64,000 nt of DNA from NCBI GenBank assembly GCA_027923505.1, contig BROI01000009.1, positions 62,001 through 126,000 on the forward strand, written 5' to 3'. The stretch's first letter is position 1. Each line of letters starts with the position of its first letter. Of the stretch, positions 1 to 16,129 are shown in pieces. Made by a program: the position numbers and the translations under genes. Source of the stretch: Mayamaea pseudoterrestris. Lineage: Eukaryota. The notes under the pieces are model-generated. The model ran no database searches. It was not told the DNA's origin and saw only the letters and a program-made list of their open reading frames with translations.

Positions 1-1072
1 CAGTTTTGCTATCGAAACTGACGATTATACCGTGGATCCATTGCTGATAGGATCTTTTGCCGCTCTGATGGAACCAGTAGCAGCGAGAAACTGCAGGTGT
101 CTTGGAGGCGAATATATTGGGCAGCAATGATCGCGATGGCGAGGGCAATGGGCGAGTCATGATGCGTCAAGCGTCAATGAGGGGAAGATTAATATTATGG
201 CTTCAAAAGGATCTTGGCAGCAGCAATGAATAAGGAAATGTATGCTTCTATGTAGACCAGAGTAATAGCAGCAGTCTAGAGAGTACTTGCAAGCATCAAT
301 GCTCGACGCTCGCGACTCTCGACTGCTCGACGCGCGATCATTCTCTCGCTCGCGATTACCGTCGTAGCGGTTTTGAGTGCGACATACGGTGAAAATTTCT
401 CACCAATGGCATTGCAGCATCATGAGGGATTAAACCAGGCATTCATTCCTTCTTATACAGCAAAGTAAATGCCCCCACCCTGGTGTCTAAAAGTCAGGAA
501 TATGGCTCTAAGTATCTATGCCATAGTGAGACTCAGCGGATTCAACAACTTGTTGAATCTGCTAGCACCACACCTCAATTGGCACTTCCAAATGCCAAAA
601 TGGTGCAATCCTGGAATACAAAGCTCATTGTGTTTATATATGATTACCATGCAAAGGCTTGTCATTTCGGGTGTGGAACCCTTCCCCCTGCCATGGGACT
701 CCGCACATTTGACCATTGGTTGAATGTGCCAGCAAGTTACCCTTTCTGGCTACAGGGACCATCAGCACAGCCTTCTGAGCCCTCCAATCCTTTTCCATTC
801 ATGTTTGTTCTCATGATGGGCCAATGCTTTGGTCAGTTACAGCTCAGCAGCCCCTACCATAATGTCACAGGTGTTCCAAGTACCGCTCCGACGATCATTT
901 TTTTCGCACGATTGAAACCTCTTCTACTTGAGGATAACAGTTGCGGCGCGCGCAGTCTTTTCCCTCCCAAGCGGAGGGACGACTTTGACTTTTGTGACCG
1001 ACCGACGGCGACCATCGTTTCGTTCCTTCCTTCGATCCTCCTACTCCGACCGTCCAATTGCTCCACCTTCAC

Positions 1073-2829
1073 ATGCCAAGGGATCAAGGGGACGACGACG
1101 ACTCGCAGCAAAAGAACAAGACCAATAATCGTAGACGAATGAATCTGCAACTAATCTTCAAGTCATGGAAGGGATCCAAGGAGTTTGGATTGGCGCAGGC
1201 GCAAGTCACTTTGATTCTAGCACTTGCGTGGCTCGGCAATAACTTTCCCAAGTCGTATCCTCGCAATGACAATCATAACATGTTCATGTTTTATGTCATG
1301 AATGCAGCGTTCGTTGTGGCCGGCTTGGTGACGCTTCATCATGATGCGCAAGGGTCGTCGCGAGGAGTGCAGCTGCTGAGCCGACCGCAAACGGAGGAGT
1401 GGAAGGGATGGATGCAGTGGGCCTTTATCATGGTGAGTCGATTTGTGATGTGACGCATTTCCGTGTGGCATGCGATTCAGGCCTTGACAAGTGTCATCGC
1501 TTACTGCTTTGGCGCGCCTCTCACCTTTCGTCTCCATCGTTTCATCTCATTTGCTATATATATTTATCCAGTACCACTACTACAGAGCCTACAGCGTCTA
1601 CAATGAAATCAGAGTCTTTGTATCAGCCTACGTTTGGATGACGGGCTTTGGAAACTTTTTATAGTACGTGCGATAGTGGAATGGTGTTCTGTCGAATGGA
1701 ACGAACGATGGACCCTCATTTTTTCGACGACGGCCGACCAATCGGATTTGACCATTGTCTTGATTCTCAACGATCCCTATTCCTCTACCTTTTTAGTTTC
1801 GACAAGAAGCAAGACTTTACCTTTGAGCGAGCCGTCAGCATGTGGCTGCGCATCAACTACTTTCCACTGCTGCTCAGTTTCTTTCTGGGCGTCAAGCTGG
1901 AGCTATACTATGTTGTTCCGCTCCATACGGCTGGATTCTTCATCACCATGATTACCTGCTATTTGGCAAAAAAGCTGGAAACAATCAAACCAACATGGAG
2001 TCACGACTATCGAACCATCATTGCCATTGCCGCTTGCGGAGTGGCGCACGTTGTCTTTTACGAAACGTCGGCTGTCAATTTTCTAAAAGTCTTTTCCGAC
2101 GAATACTTTTTCCGCTTCCAGTCGGACAAGTATTCGGCCTTTGTCGGTATCATGTCCGGCTTCTTTTGGGACAAGTTCAAAACCTACATGAAGTGGGCCT
2201 TTAACGACGATCACGATCACGAGGCGGATCCGGCGCTGCACCAAAAGATTACGGCGTCGCGATGGGCGCAGCGAGTCGGCGGCGTGGGATTAATGGCGGC
2301 TTGGTACTTGCTGTTTGGGCATATACAGGACAAGTATACCTACAATCCAATTCATCCGTTTGTATTTTGGATGCCCATTGCGGGCTGGTTAATGGTCCGC
2401 AACTCGAGCAAGTGGTTGACGGAGGTGCATTGCGGCGTGATGGAGTTTTTCGGTCGCATTACGCTTGAAACATATGTGTTGCAGTTTCATTTATTCATGT
2501 GTCGGGATGTTCAGCACATTCCAATTGTTATTCCTGGGTCTGGACCGGATGGACCGTTGTTTTTGAGGACGCTCAACATGCTCTTTTGCGGATGCATCTT
2601 TGTTGGAACAGCGTGGTGGGCGCGACGAGTGACGGTTTCGACGCAAACGACAGTCACGGAATTGGTTGGACTGCTCATGAATGGAGGTCCAATAGGGGCG
2701 TCGTCGACGAATGGCGACGACCATGACGAAGGCGTCGCGCTTACCAAGCCGACTAGCCCTGGTGCGGCGTCACTCAACCATGAGGCGCCGATAGTCGACA
2801 GCAGCGGCAAGAAGATGCAGGAAGTTTGA
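1073..2829 (+). CDS. CAS1/CASD1/RWA-family multi-pass polysaccharide O-acetyltransferase (Cas1_AcylT domain); 3 exons ~1073-1432, 1572-1663, 1797-2829
   Basis: Spliced translation gives the family motifs [38 protein letters not shown] and [19 protein letters not shown] introns at 1433-1571 and 1664-1796 restore the frame. The start could instead be the ATG at 1139. Unrelated to CRISPR cas1. Confidence 0.9.
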
Positions 2830-4502
2830 TTCGTTAATAAAGAGATTGTTGCATTATTTGTATAGCAATTGGTATAACAAGTATTAGCCGCCGTTCCGGT
2901 CGCGGGTCGGATAGTTTGGATATCATAGAAGCTCCACACTACCGGTGGACAAGTCACGCTATGTAAAACTTTCATGCAAGCAAACGACGTCAACTGGCTC
3001 GAGTACATCCAGCCTCTTTCTCGGCGCGCCGATAGTCATTTCCACCCGTGCCGCTACATTTGACCCAAAGGCCTATACACGTTTGCGCTTTTCTGTCACC
3101 CGCAGCAGGCGCGGCAAAAGAGGCAGCACGTCAAACTCATACTTCCGGAGAAGCGATAAACAAGTGAAAAAGTCGTGACCGACTCTGCCTCCAGCCCGCT
3201 TGGTGATCAACTCTCCATCTTGAGTCGCAGCAATCCTTTTGATTCGCTGCAGCAGAGTCTGTCACTCTCAACCACTTTGGATCGCAGCCGTAGGAAACGA
3301 CTAGCACTGACAATTCAATTGAGCACCTTGTTTCCACTACCGGTAAAACATCAGAAAACAATAGTGCCCTCTAAACGTCGTGCCAGGTGACAGAATGAGC
3401 ATTCGTAGTGTGGCAGTGTGACCTTTAATGTTCGTCGCAAGGTCCACGTCAAGCGCCCGTTGTCGAGCCGCCTGCACACGTACACTTCCACCACCAGCCA
3501 GCGCCGAGCAAAGCTGAACGAGTCTCATCATCCGATAATCTTCGTCAGTTTCAATAGATGCATGTTGTAACTGTTAGAATTTAGCTTGGCAATAAACTAC
3601 CAAAATGCTTGCATCGGGAAGCCGATAAAGGCGAACACCAAAGCCTTCTTTCCAAAGAGCAGGCTTGACGCTCGGCTGCAAGCCCCCCTATTGAAACGTA
3701 ACAAAAACCAAGTGCCATCTCGACAGACAGACTTTTCATTGCACTTGCATTGTCCATATTCATGCATTAATTTGTTGAGTCGCGCGTTCGACATGGACTC
3801 GCAAGCAATTGCTTTGGCGCAATTTGATGCATCTTGCAAACTCGATAATCGAACTTGTATTGAAGAACGATGATTTTAGTAAACGCTTTGGCATGGCAGC
3901 GTGCGTCAAGCAGGGGCACCGCAAATTTGAATGGCCGACCGATTCGGGCACTAAAACCTCTGACCCAGGCACTCCTTGAGCGTCTCGACCAAATGTTGCC
4001 TTGCTGATTATAATTGTGAATGACGTTCCCGAATTCCCCTCTCTCGGCACGAGCTTGTCAGTTACGTTCGATCAAAAGGTGAAGATGCAGAGGATTCTTC
4101 GAAGCCAAAAAAACATTGCTGTCATTCGGCCAAAAAAGCTCAGTAGAAACTTGGTCCAGACTCGAAAATGGGCGAGAGCGAGATAGCGTTCGATTCCAAA
4201 TCTTCATCGCCATTTACGTATTCAATGGTTCCAACCTAGATGCTACACATCGAGTCGTCTCCAGGAGGTGCTGCCTGCTAGTGGTTCCCTTGAGCAGCAA
4301 ATCTCGCCAGCAGATGACGCTCATTGGGCGCCTGCACAGATGAAGATGGTGCTTGCGCGTAAGGGGCGATCGACGACAATGTTACATCGACATGAATGAA
4401 TGAGATGTGTAGCAGGACGATTGGTGGCACAGTTGTTGCAATGAGCGAAGGTTTCTTGCGCAGTCAGCCATCAAGTACCCAAGACACGCCACCTCACGGA
4501 GC

Positions 4503-4575
4503 GGTCTTATAGTGTAGTTGGTTATCACAGCGGGTTCTGATTCCGCTAACCCGAGTTCGAATCTCGGTAAGACCT
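4503..4575 (+). tRNA. tRNA-Gln (anticodon CTG)
   Basis: GGTCTTA/TAAGACC acceptor stem, D-arm, anticodon arm GCGGG-TT-CTG-AT-TCCGC, T-arm CCGAG-TTCGAAT-CTCGG, followed by a T-run (Pol III terminator-like). Confidence 0.95.
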
Positions 4576-4984
4576 TTTTGTTGGTTCCGGAAAGACTTTG
4601 TTGTTGCAATTGTATCTTTACACTTCTAGTCATACATACATATTCGATTATGCTCGTGGTCAAAATTCATTCCTCTTCGTTGCCATCCAGACTATGTTTT
4701 TGGCAACAGAACAATAGCTGATGATGCGCTCCGTCAAGCTGTCCCTCCGGTTTTGCGTTTCGATCGATTTCCGGTTCGACCACATCACCATGGCGGAAAC
4801 ATTCGTTGACGCGATAAAACCGGAGAAGACGGCCGAATCGCCACAAAACCTCGATTCAGTACGACCGACTCGCAATGCAGTGATTGCAGGTAGCAAATAG
4901 CTCGATACATCGACTGCAACTACTGAAGGGAAAAGCGAAACGCGTCAGAGTCTCTTTCTGGTTTCCGATTCATAATTCGTCAGC

Positions 4985-6619
4985 ATGCTTTTGATTCCTT
5001 CCTTTGACGGCTTGAACATTGCTTCGGCACGCATCCCTCCGCCCAGCGAGCGACCCAAGGGTTCCACGGTAAAAAGTACGTTTGGGCAGCAGGTTCTTTG
5101 GCTTGAATACAATGATGAAACGAACGGTAAAGCATCTGGGGATGAAAATGGAACGAGTCACTGCAACAGCAGCGGTCGGCATATAGAAACGGAGGTTTTG
5201 GAACCCTATCGATTGCAGGGAGACGAGCCGATTGACAATATTTTGAGACTACTAGACGAGGAAGACAATCGACTCAAGGCAGGCGACGATTTACTCGATC
5301 GAATCGACGAAACAGTCAGACTAGTGGAAAACATGAACCATGACGAATCAACCAGCAGCAAAAACAAACTGTCGCCATCTCAAGTCGCGATGCTACATTT
5401 CCACAAAACATACTCCAAGCTACCATCCTGGGTCGATTTGACGCAACTGCAGCTTGGTCAGCAAGTCTTTTGCGCCTACGCTGGACCAATGGCGCTCTCA
5501 CTCTACTATCGCAGCCTGGTGCCTGGCTTTTCGCTGCCGCGCATTGCTTCCGTCTTGGAGGCGACGCGCTACCTGGCACCGCCGTCGACGCCAAACCAAG
5601 TCATGGCGCGCTTGACCGACACGGGCGCCATGCTGGCCATTTGCGCAAGCAATAGTGTTGACACGCTGCTTGCCAATGGCGAAGGCTGGAAAACGACGCT
5701 GCGCGTCCGCGTGCTGCACGCCAAGGTGCGCAAGTCACTCTTGGCGAACCAAAAGTGGAACGTTGCAAACCTTGGCGTTCCCATTAACCAGGAGGATACC
5801 GCGGCCACGCTACTGGCCTTTTCCATGAACGCCATGCTTGGCATTGAAATGATACTGGGGTTTCCGTTGCCACGCAAGGAGCAACTTGCCTACTTGGCGT
5901 ATTGGCGATATTTGGGATGGTTGCTGGGCGTGTCGACGCAGGAAGATGAGGTTGTAAATACTAGCAACACCGATGGCAATGGTGCAGACCTCCGTCCACT
6001 TGATCCATGTGGACCTGGTTGGATTTCAAACATGCCGGATCCAATGGAGCATGCCAAGGCCGTTTTTGCTTCCATTGTCTTTCACCTCATGCATCCCAAC
6101 GAAAAGTCGGTCAAGATTGCTCACCACCTACTTGGCGTTGGATACGGACGGAAGCGAAGCAGCACTGACAAGAATGCTGCGTCCGACACGACGACAATGA
6201 CGCATAACAACTGGTTCTACTATCGCGCCATGCAGTGTCGACGATTCATCGGCAATCCATTGGCCGATGCATTGGAGCTACCCAAACATCATCCGCAGTG
6301 GTGGACAAACATTTGGCTATACATGATTGGTTATCTATATTTAGTGCTCATGCGGTTGTACATACTGGCTTGTTTGCCATACTCGCCGTTGCGCCACATG
6401 CTTGTCAAGCTTCACAAGCGGCAGCTGCACCGATTCATCGACAGCTATTGGAAGGAAGACCATTCCAAGCGCATGGGCACGGATCCCAACAGAAAAAAGG
6501 ATGTTCCGAATGGTGGCAAGTCGCAGCTGCTTAAGGCGGAACCAACGTCAAAACCAGTTTCCATGTGCCCATTCGCCATGGTATCGCCACCGAACTTGGA
6601 GGACGACAAGAAGAAGTAG
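4985..6619 (+). CDS. MpaB/rubber oxygenase (Lcp-like, DUF2236) heme oxygenase-family protein, 544 aa
   Basis: Uninterrupted ORF with PSWVD..QL..GQ, RLTDT, RVRVLHAKVR (His heme-ligand-like motif), GVPINQED..ATLLAFS and WRYLGWLLGV, typical of this family. Confidence 0.8.
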   Translation: MLLIPSFDGLNIASARIPPPSERPKGSTVKSTFGQQVLWLEYNDETNGKASGDENGTSHCNSSGRHIETEVLEPYRLQGDEPIDNILRLLDEEDNRLKAGDDLLDRIDETVRLVENMNHDESTSSKNKLSPSQVAMLHFHKTYSKLPSWVDLTQLQLGQQVFCAYAGPMALSLYYRSLVPGFSLPRIASVLEATRYLAPPSTPNQVMARLTDTGAMLAICASNSVDTLLANGEGWKTTLRVRVLHAKVRKSLLANQKWNVANLGVPINQEDTAATLLAFSMNAMLGIEMILGFPLPRKEQLAYLAYWRYLGWLLGVSTQEDEVVNTSNTDGNGADLRPLDPCGPGWISNMPDPMEHAKAVFASIVFHLMHPNEKSVKIAHHLLGVGYGRKRSSTDKNAASDTTTMTHNNWFYYRAMQCRRFIGNPLADALELPKHHPQWWTNIWLYMIGYLYLVLMRLYILACLPYSPLRHMLVKLHKRQLHRFIDSYWKEDHSKRMGTDPNRKKDVPNGGKSQLLKAEPTSKPVSMCPFAMVSPPNLEDDKKK

Positions 6620-7739
6620 TGCGGAAGCACAATTGTTTATATGCGAGCTTGCATTCGTGCGAATGTAGACTAGTAAATGTCTACTCTTACTTTGGATGTC
6701 TGTCTTCATACCCCTCGCCAGCAACTGTTTCGATACGTCGGACTACATGCTCCCTCCTGGCAGGCTAATATTGCACTGTTAGCAAACTTGTAAAGTCCCG
6801 ACTAGTCACTTTCCAGCTTCGTTTTGGATTTCAACGTTTGCAAGCGTTGAAATGGGCCCTTCTCCTGGAGAGGACGACGTGCAATGCCACCCTTGCGCTG
6901 GCGCTCAGTGCCTTTTTTCGCCGCAACGCTGTCAGTCGCAGTTAAAGCCGACGATTGTCCAAGACGACAAGCTCGCGTCATTTTCTCGAGAATTCAAGGT
7001 GTCCGTCGCCCATTGCAATGCTCGACAATGTAATGATGGTTGATGATGCTTTTACATTCGTACTTTGTACCCTCTAGTGCTCTCGCGGGAAATTTATTCT
7101 AGCTCGCCCAAACCTTCTCGGGCATCCTTGGTGATGACTGTATCGGAGAATTAGCAAACCGGGGCGTCGACGAGCTGGTGTCGATTGTGTAAATCAAATG
7201 ATCGAAGTTGCAAAATGTCAAGGCGACGTTTCGACGCCAGTTTCCAGTGGCAGAGGCGCGTTCGCACGACTGAGTAGCAGTCATAATGACTTATGCCTCC
7301 GTTTCAATCCTATTGCCCCTCACGTTTAAGAGTAGCTTCTGTGACTAAATGACGATGATCTGACAGCTACACGTCATTTGCGTCCGAAAGACACTTCGAG
7401 GGCAATAATTTCAACGCTCTTATTATAGACATCGGGCAGTCATTTATTTTCCGACGAGTATTGCCTGTAGCCACGTGCAGTGTCACAAATGTTTCCAGTC
7501 GTCTATCTGGCTATGTAAACGCTGTCGTGCGTGGTGGTGAAGAATATCAATGCTTTTTCGCTCATATGAACCAGTTCGTAGCAGTTTCGCCGCAAAAGAC
7601 GCTTTTACTATAGCCTCTATCGTTGCAACTGATTCCTTTGCTGATTCGCGTGATTCGGAGCAATTCGTTTCGGCTACATCGATGACAAGTCGCCTCACAA
7701 CTTCTTTCACGACTTCCCAAACTTTCAGCAGGCAGCAAG

Positions 7740-8093
7740 ATGATTCTTGGAATGATTATTACCATCCCTCACGTGGAGCCGAGCAATGTGACATCCTCAG
7801 CGCCTCGACGTCGGCGACGTCAACGCCAGCAGCAGGAGGTGCTTCCCGGATCCGTTTCCAGCTGCAGCATGTCGTCCATTCGGGATGCCAGTCCTCGACT
7901 ACCTCGACGAACCGTCGACCTGGACGTTTCACCCACCATGCCCATTCGAAGAAGCTACTCCTATGATGAACCAAGAACCTCTAGAAGAACCAACCAGTCC
8001 AAGACAATGGAATGCAGCTCGAGCAGCTGCGATGTCGTCGTATTGGATCAGCGACGCATGAGTCTAGCCAGTGTTGCCGCAAGGACGGCTTGA
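7740..8093 (+). CDS. Small low-complexity hypothetical protein with repeated SPxxPxR motifs
   Basis: 117-aa ORF with DASPRLPRR and DVSPTMPIRR and a C-terminal 'AARTA', a style I recognise from diatom hypothetical proteins. No domain recognised. Confidence 0.5.
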   Translation: MILGMIITIPHVEPSNVTSSAPRRRRRQRQQQEVLPGSVSSCSMSSIRDASPRLPRRTVDLDVSPTMPIRRSYSYDEPRTSRRTNQSKTMECSSSSCDVVVLDQRRMSLASVAARTA

Positions 8094-8671
8094 TTTGAGC
8101 AGTTGGTACAATTTTGAAGCGAAAATGCAATTTTGATAGAGTACATGTAACTCGAACATACTATAGACGTCTGTCATTATACTCAAGCAATATGCACCCG
8201 TACGCTTGCACTTTATCGTAGATGCTTCCTGGGTTTTCGTCGCATTCATGTCGATTCAGCTTCGCTAATAGTTTGCCAACACCTTGCCATCAAACTACAG
8301 TACACGAGGACGAAACGCGAACAACTAGTAGCCGTCAACTCGCACTCAGGAAGACCAATCGCATTCTTTCAGTCGCAGGAAACGACTAATTAAATTTGCA
8401 GACAATTCAGACTGCAGAGAAGGATGTGGTTAGTCGAACGCTTGATCGCAATCATCATGGTTGCGCAAACAGCAGCAACAGGAACCATATAGTCAATCGC
8501 GCCATAGCTACGGTTGGGTGGTTGCGTTGCGACATGCTGTCGCACCTTCAAAATGGCGAGGCAAAATCCACCATGACACAAACTCGCATGGAATGGCCAT
8601 GACGCGCAACGTTCGACTTGTGCATCTTGAGTAGCATCACAATGATACGAATCTTCTCTCGTTAGTTTTCG

Positions 8672-10495
8672 ATGATTAATCTGCCGCGAAAGCAACGTTT
8701 GCTTTCCTCGCGTCGTGCTGCTGCGATCAACCATCGAAATGCAACTGCATCAAGCGACAAGAGACGAACCGCTTGTCGCGATGCCGTACTGCTAACTGGA
8801 GCATTCATGATGCTTTTATTGAGTGTACGAGGAGATTCTACTAGGATGGCGATCATTTCAATGTTTGGCGGCGACGGCGGCAGCACGGCAAAATCTGCAA
8901 GCTACACTAAACGGAACATGCAAGACTCTCATAGAATTCATCAGACGCAGCAGCTCCATCACTATCTGTCAGCCATGGACTACCAGAGTCCATTAGAACA
9001 GTATCCATCGCTTGCAGGCGAAGATATTCCATTGCCTCCGCCGCTCCAAGCCATGCAAACCTATATGCAGCAGCACAATCGTCACGTTGTCTTGACTGAA
9101 CTAGACGAGCTTGAGCATGGAAAACACAATCATCACACTCGCCTCTATACCATTGCCTACATGAGCTGCCCCCACTCGGCTGGAAACTGGCTGCACTACT
9201 TTACGTCGACTGTCAATTGGGCCATGCTCATGAATCGCACCTTGTTGTTTAAATACATGGACCGTCACGAATGCAAAAACATTCGCAGCAGCATGGAGTG
9301 GAAGTTTGAGTCGAGTCGATGTGAAACACCGTCAATCAATACTGAACAAGACTGTTTTTCGCATATACTGACACGAGCCAGTTGGTTGCCATTATATGAC
9401 GACGTGGCGAGTCGTCTCAGTTGGACGGAGCAAACCTTGCATCGCATTCCTCGACTTGCCACCACGGACAATGTCGAGAAGCAGCGCGGCTACAGCAATG
9501 GGCAGTCACCACCACCAGCACTCGACAATTATTCGCACTATTCGCAGTTTCCACTCGTTGCCATGTATCCGTGGCTCAAGCGGCTGTCGCATTTGCATGA
9601 CCAAATAAACGCGCGCCTGCAGCAGTTGCAACAAAACGAGACGCGCCACTATCTGACGCAGCAACTGTACGCGTGGGGCGTTCCGTTTTTCAACGGCATG
9701 GTGCTGCGCAGCTGCTACGACTTTGCGCCAACAGTCAAGCGGGTTGTGCGAGCGACGCTGGTCAAGCATGACTTGCTGCGATACGATAGTGAGGCGAGTC
9801 ACGGCTCGCTTACTGACAGTACGTTTTCCATTGTGTTGCATTCACGACATGTCGACCACAATAATGCTGGCTGCTTGGTGGAGCGCGAGCAGGCGTGTTT
9901 GGAAGCCATGTTGCTGCAGCAGCGGTCGAGGATGCACGTGTCGACAGCAACAGTCCCTTGCTCCGTTACGATTTTGTCGGATCGTCTTTGCACCATTAAT
10001 AATCTTAAAGTTTGGCTCAAGCACGGTCGAGGTAGTGGCAGTCCGACATGTCGAGTCATTGTCGCGGAACATGAAGGTTCAGCCTTGGTCAGCAACACTT
10101 CGTCGAAACACTCGAAAGCGTTCTATGACTCAATATTATCAGAGCACGGTCCATTCTCCGACGCTGACTTTTTTGTGGACTTGCTGCTCGCAAGTCTCAC
10201 CGCCCGGCATGGCATGATTGGTGAGCTGGAACCTCGGGATGGCAATCGATGGAGAACGTCGTCTGAGCTCGTGGAAGATTTGGTGGCCTACTCGCGCATG
10301 ATGGAGTACTGGCAAGCGAAACATGGAATGTCCAGTGAACATGGTTCGGCAGACGACTTTAATTTTCGCATGGATCCATTTCTGGAGTGTACATTGGCGG
10401 ACGCAAATCTTTGGAAGCGATCGTCTGAAACTGATTCGTCATCCGGCGATCGGTCAGCAACCTCATCTGGACCTCTCAAGGTTGCAATACTGTAA
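8672..10495 (+). CDS. Putative type II membrane glycosyltransferase (fucosyltransferase-like), 607 aa
   Basis: Long ORF with an N-terminal hydrophobic anchor (AVLLTGAFMMLLLSV), CPxxAGNxLH...NRTLL, and a later IVLHSRH resembling the HxR GDP-fucose-binding motif. The CDS is likely; the function is tentative. Confidence 0.55.
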   Translation: MINLPRKQRLLSSRRAAAINHRNATASSDKRRTACRDAVLLTGAFMMLLLSVRGDSTRMAIISMFGGDGGSTAKSASYTKRNMQDSHRIHQTQQLHHYLSAMDYQSPLEQYPSLAGEDIPLPPPLQAMQTYMQQHNRHVVLTELDELEHGKHNHHTRLYTIAYMSCPHSAGNWLHYFTSTVNWAMLMNRTLLFKYMDRHECKNIRSSMEWKFESSRCETPSINTEQDCFSHILTRASWLPLYDDVASRLSWTEQTLHRIPRLATTDNVEKQRGYSNGQSPPPALDNYSHYSQFPLVAMYPWLKRLSHLHDQINARLQQLQQNETRHYLTQQLYAWGVPFFNGMVLRSCYDFAPTVKRVVRATLVKHDLLRYDSEASHGSLTDSTFSIVLHSRHVDHNNAGCLVEREQACLEAMLLQQRSRMHVSTATVPCSVTILSDRLCTINNLKVWLKHGRGSGSPTCRVIVAEHEGSALVSNTSSKHSKAFYDSILSEHGPFSDADFFVDLLLASLTARHGMIGELEPRDGNRWRTSSELVEDLVAYSRMMEYWQAKHGMSSEHGSADDFNFRMDPFLECTLADANLWKRSSETDSSSGDRSATSSGPLKVAIL

Positions 10496-10942
10496 GTAGT
10501 CACCATGCTGCCGGCGACAAGCTCGACAATGTGTCGCTTTTTACGTCATTTTTAGAGTCCAATCATCAACTCATTCACTTTCGTGCTTATTCACTGACTT
10601 TGACGCAGCCCTCAAGCATATCTGGGGAAGACATAGCTGTCCACTTGGCGGGCTTTCTCGCTCTTTCATTCGACCGATCCGAACCAGTGGTGAACCTTTA
10701 TTTACGTCAACCTACAAAATGGATTGCCACCTCCTCTGAGCCTTCCTACTACCGTAGACGGCTGTCCACCATTTCGACTGCAATCGTCAAGCGCTACAAA
10801 TACTGTAGTACTATTAATGGCGATTGATTGATAACATAAACAGAACGCTAACCGATTACCTCCTTTAAACAAACCACTCATACCTCCTTACCAAACACTT
10901 ATGCACTATCCTGCTATAGTCTATCGTCGTCACTAATCTCGT

Positions 10943-14348
<3,406 letters not shown>

Positions 14349-15303
14349 GCTGATGCTTGCTGCTGGAGGTGAAACAGGAATTACTTGCTTGCTGCTGACG
14401 GCTTGCTCTTGATAGACTTGCTTGCGGCTTGCTAGTCTATATACGCTTGCTACTTTTCGTATACCTTGACTTGTTTCAAGAAGCAAAACAATGAAGGGAG
14501 CAAAAGGATCGTCCGCTGCGGCAATGAGCTTGCCGCTGCTTCGTGCTCGCCGGAGGGAAGCGCGAGGAAGGATTGGCGGCCGAGAGCGTTCGAGGTCTAC
14601 ATGGACGAACGTGAGTACACTTGGAAAGCATAGTGAATCTTCAAGCACTTGGGATGAAACCGTGACTACACTCTAGTGAAGTGTGAATTTTCCCGTTTGC
14701 GATGAGTGACGGTAGAATGACGCTGACGGGCGGTTACCTCGCATCGCGGAGCATGGCGCGTGACGTTGCCGAACGGTTAGCTATCTTGGAACATGCACTA
14801 CGCGTCGTCGTCAACAAATCTCGCCAATGCGGTTACTTGCCGTAACGACTGCATACAGGCTTAACGAATCGCTAATTGATGGCAATTTGTCGCGATGAGT
14901 CGGCGTCAAACAGCTTCATCAGCGTGGTCGAAACGCGCGACGAGCAATTGCCTTGTAACCATGGACAACCCCAACTGCGGGCATTTGGATGCGTTTGAGC
15001 TTTCGCACGGGTCGTTGGCAGCGCGAACACGTCCACCTTCTTGCGCGGGTAAACATGATCCCGGGTGGTCCTTTCGCTAATGCAAGAGGCTGTACGGTAC
15101 CTCTACTTCAATACTTGCCCAGACTATTGCTAGGGATTACTGTACGTTATGGGTACTTTGCAAGCTTCCCAAATATTGCTCGCGAGTACAATACGGCTCT
15201 CGAGTCTCTACAGAGTGACTTAAAATATGGTATATGAGGCAAATTATCGGTGCCTTTGGTTGTCAACGGTTTTGTCGCGCAATGAGAATGTCTGCTGTCA
15301 TGG

Positions 15304-15780
15304 CGGCTAACAGTTCTTTGCCGGCTAACAGTTCTTTGCCTGTTTTGTATCTAAGGAGAAATGCACTGCAACACTTTGCGGCTCAAAACTCAAATTCAAA
15401 TCCAATAGCTCCAAACTGTAGCTCCATGGGCTCCAAAGTTGCAGCAAGTGAATCCCGACCCGGGGCGAGTTTGCCGGGGCCAGTTTGGAGCAGTGGGTCC
15501 CAACTCGGTGCCAGCCAGTATATACTTGTATCCACTACTCTTTCGACCTCGGAACCAGTAGCTCCAAACTTGGAGACAGTAGCTCGAGACGGAGGCAATA
15601 ACGCCAAACTGTAGCTCCAAATCTGCAGCTACTGGCTCCAAAGTAGGACCCAGTTTCAAACCAAAGCCAATGGCTTTAACCTCGGAGCCAGCAGCTCTGA
15701 GTTTGGACACGGTACATAGCCAAATTGGAGCCGGTACATAGCTTAATCCTGGCGCCTTGGCTATGCCACTGCACCTATAG
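15304..15780. repeat. Degenerate internally repetitive non-coding element
   Basis: An 18-bp tandem duplication (cggctaacagttctttgc x2), repeated gctccaaa/ccaaactgtagctcca motifs with inverted ttggagc copies, ctcggaRccagYagctc x2 and ggtacatagc x2. Confidence 0.5.
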
Positions 15781-16129
15781 CTGAACCGGAATGCTACTAC
15801 TCGTACCGTAACGTATTAGCGCTCGGAGTGGCGACAAACCAGTGTCGGTCATCGGAGTCGCGTGGCATGATACTCCGCGAGCATAGCCCCCGTCACAATG
15901 CGAAGGCCAAAGAACATGAATGATGGATTCTCATTAAGGACCGGCGAAATTTGAACACTCAAGCCCATAGTTACATTCGCTGGTTCGGGGCATCGGACAA
16001 ACCACCTGCAAATTGACAATGCGATCCTACCTCGAGACACAGCTTCCGTTTTCGTCACAAGATCAGAAAAGAGGCAGTTTGCACTGCATCTTGACAGCTT
16101 TTTACTTTCTCCATTGCAAGATCAACAAC

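Noticed and set aside
483..1142. 219-aa ORF upstream of the acetyltransferase
   Set aside because: Non-ATG start, no recognisable domain, and it spans the CpG-poor relic and the probable promoter.
2945..4400. Short ORFs between the acetyltransferase and the tRNA
   Set aside because: All are under 100 aa, with no motifs or convincing splice pattern.
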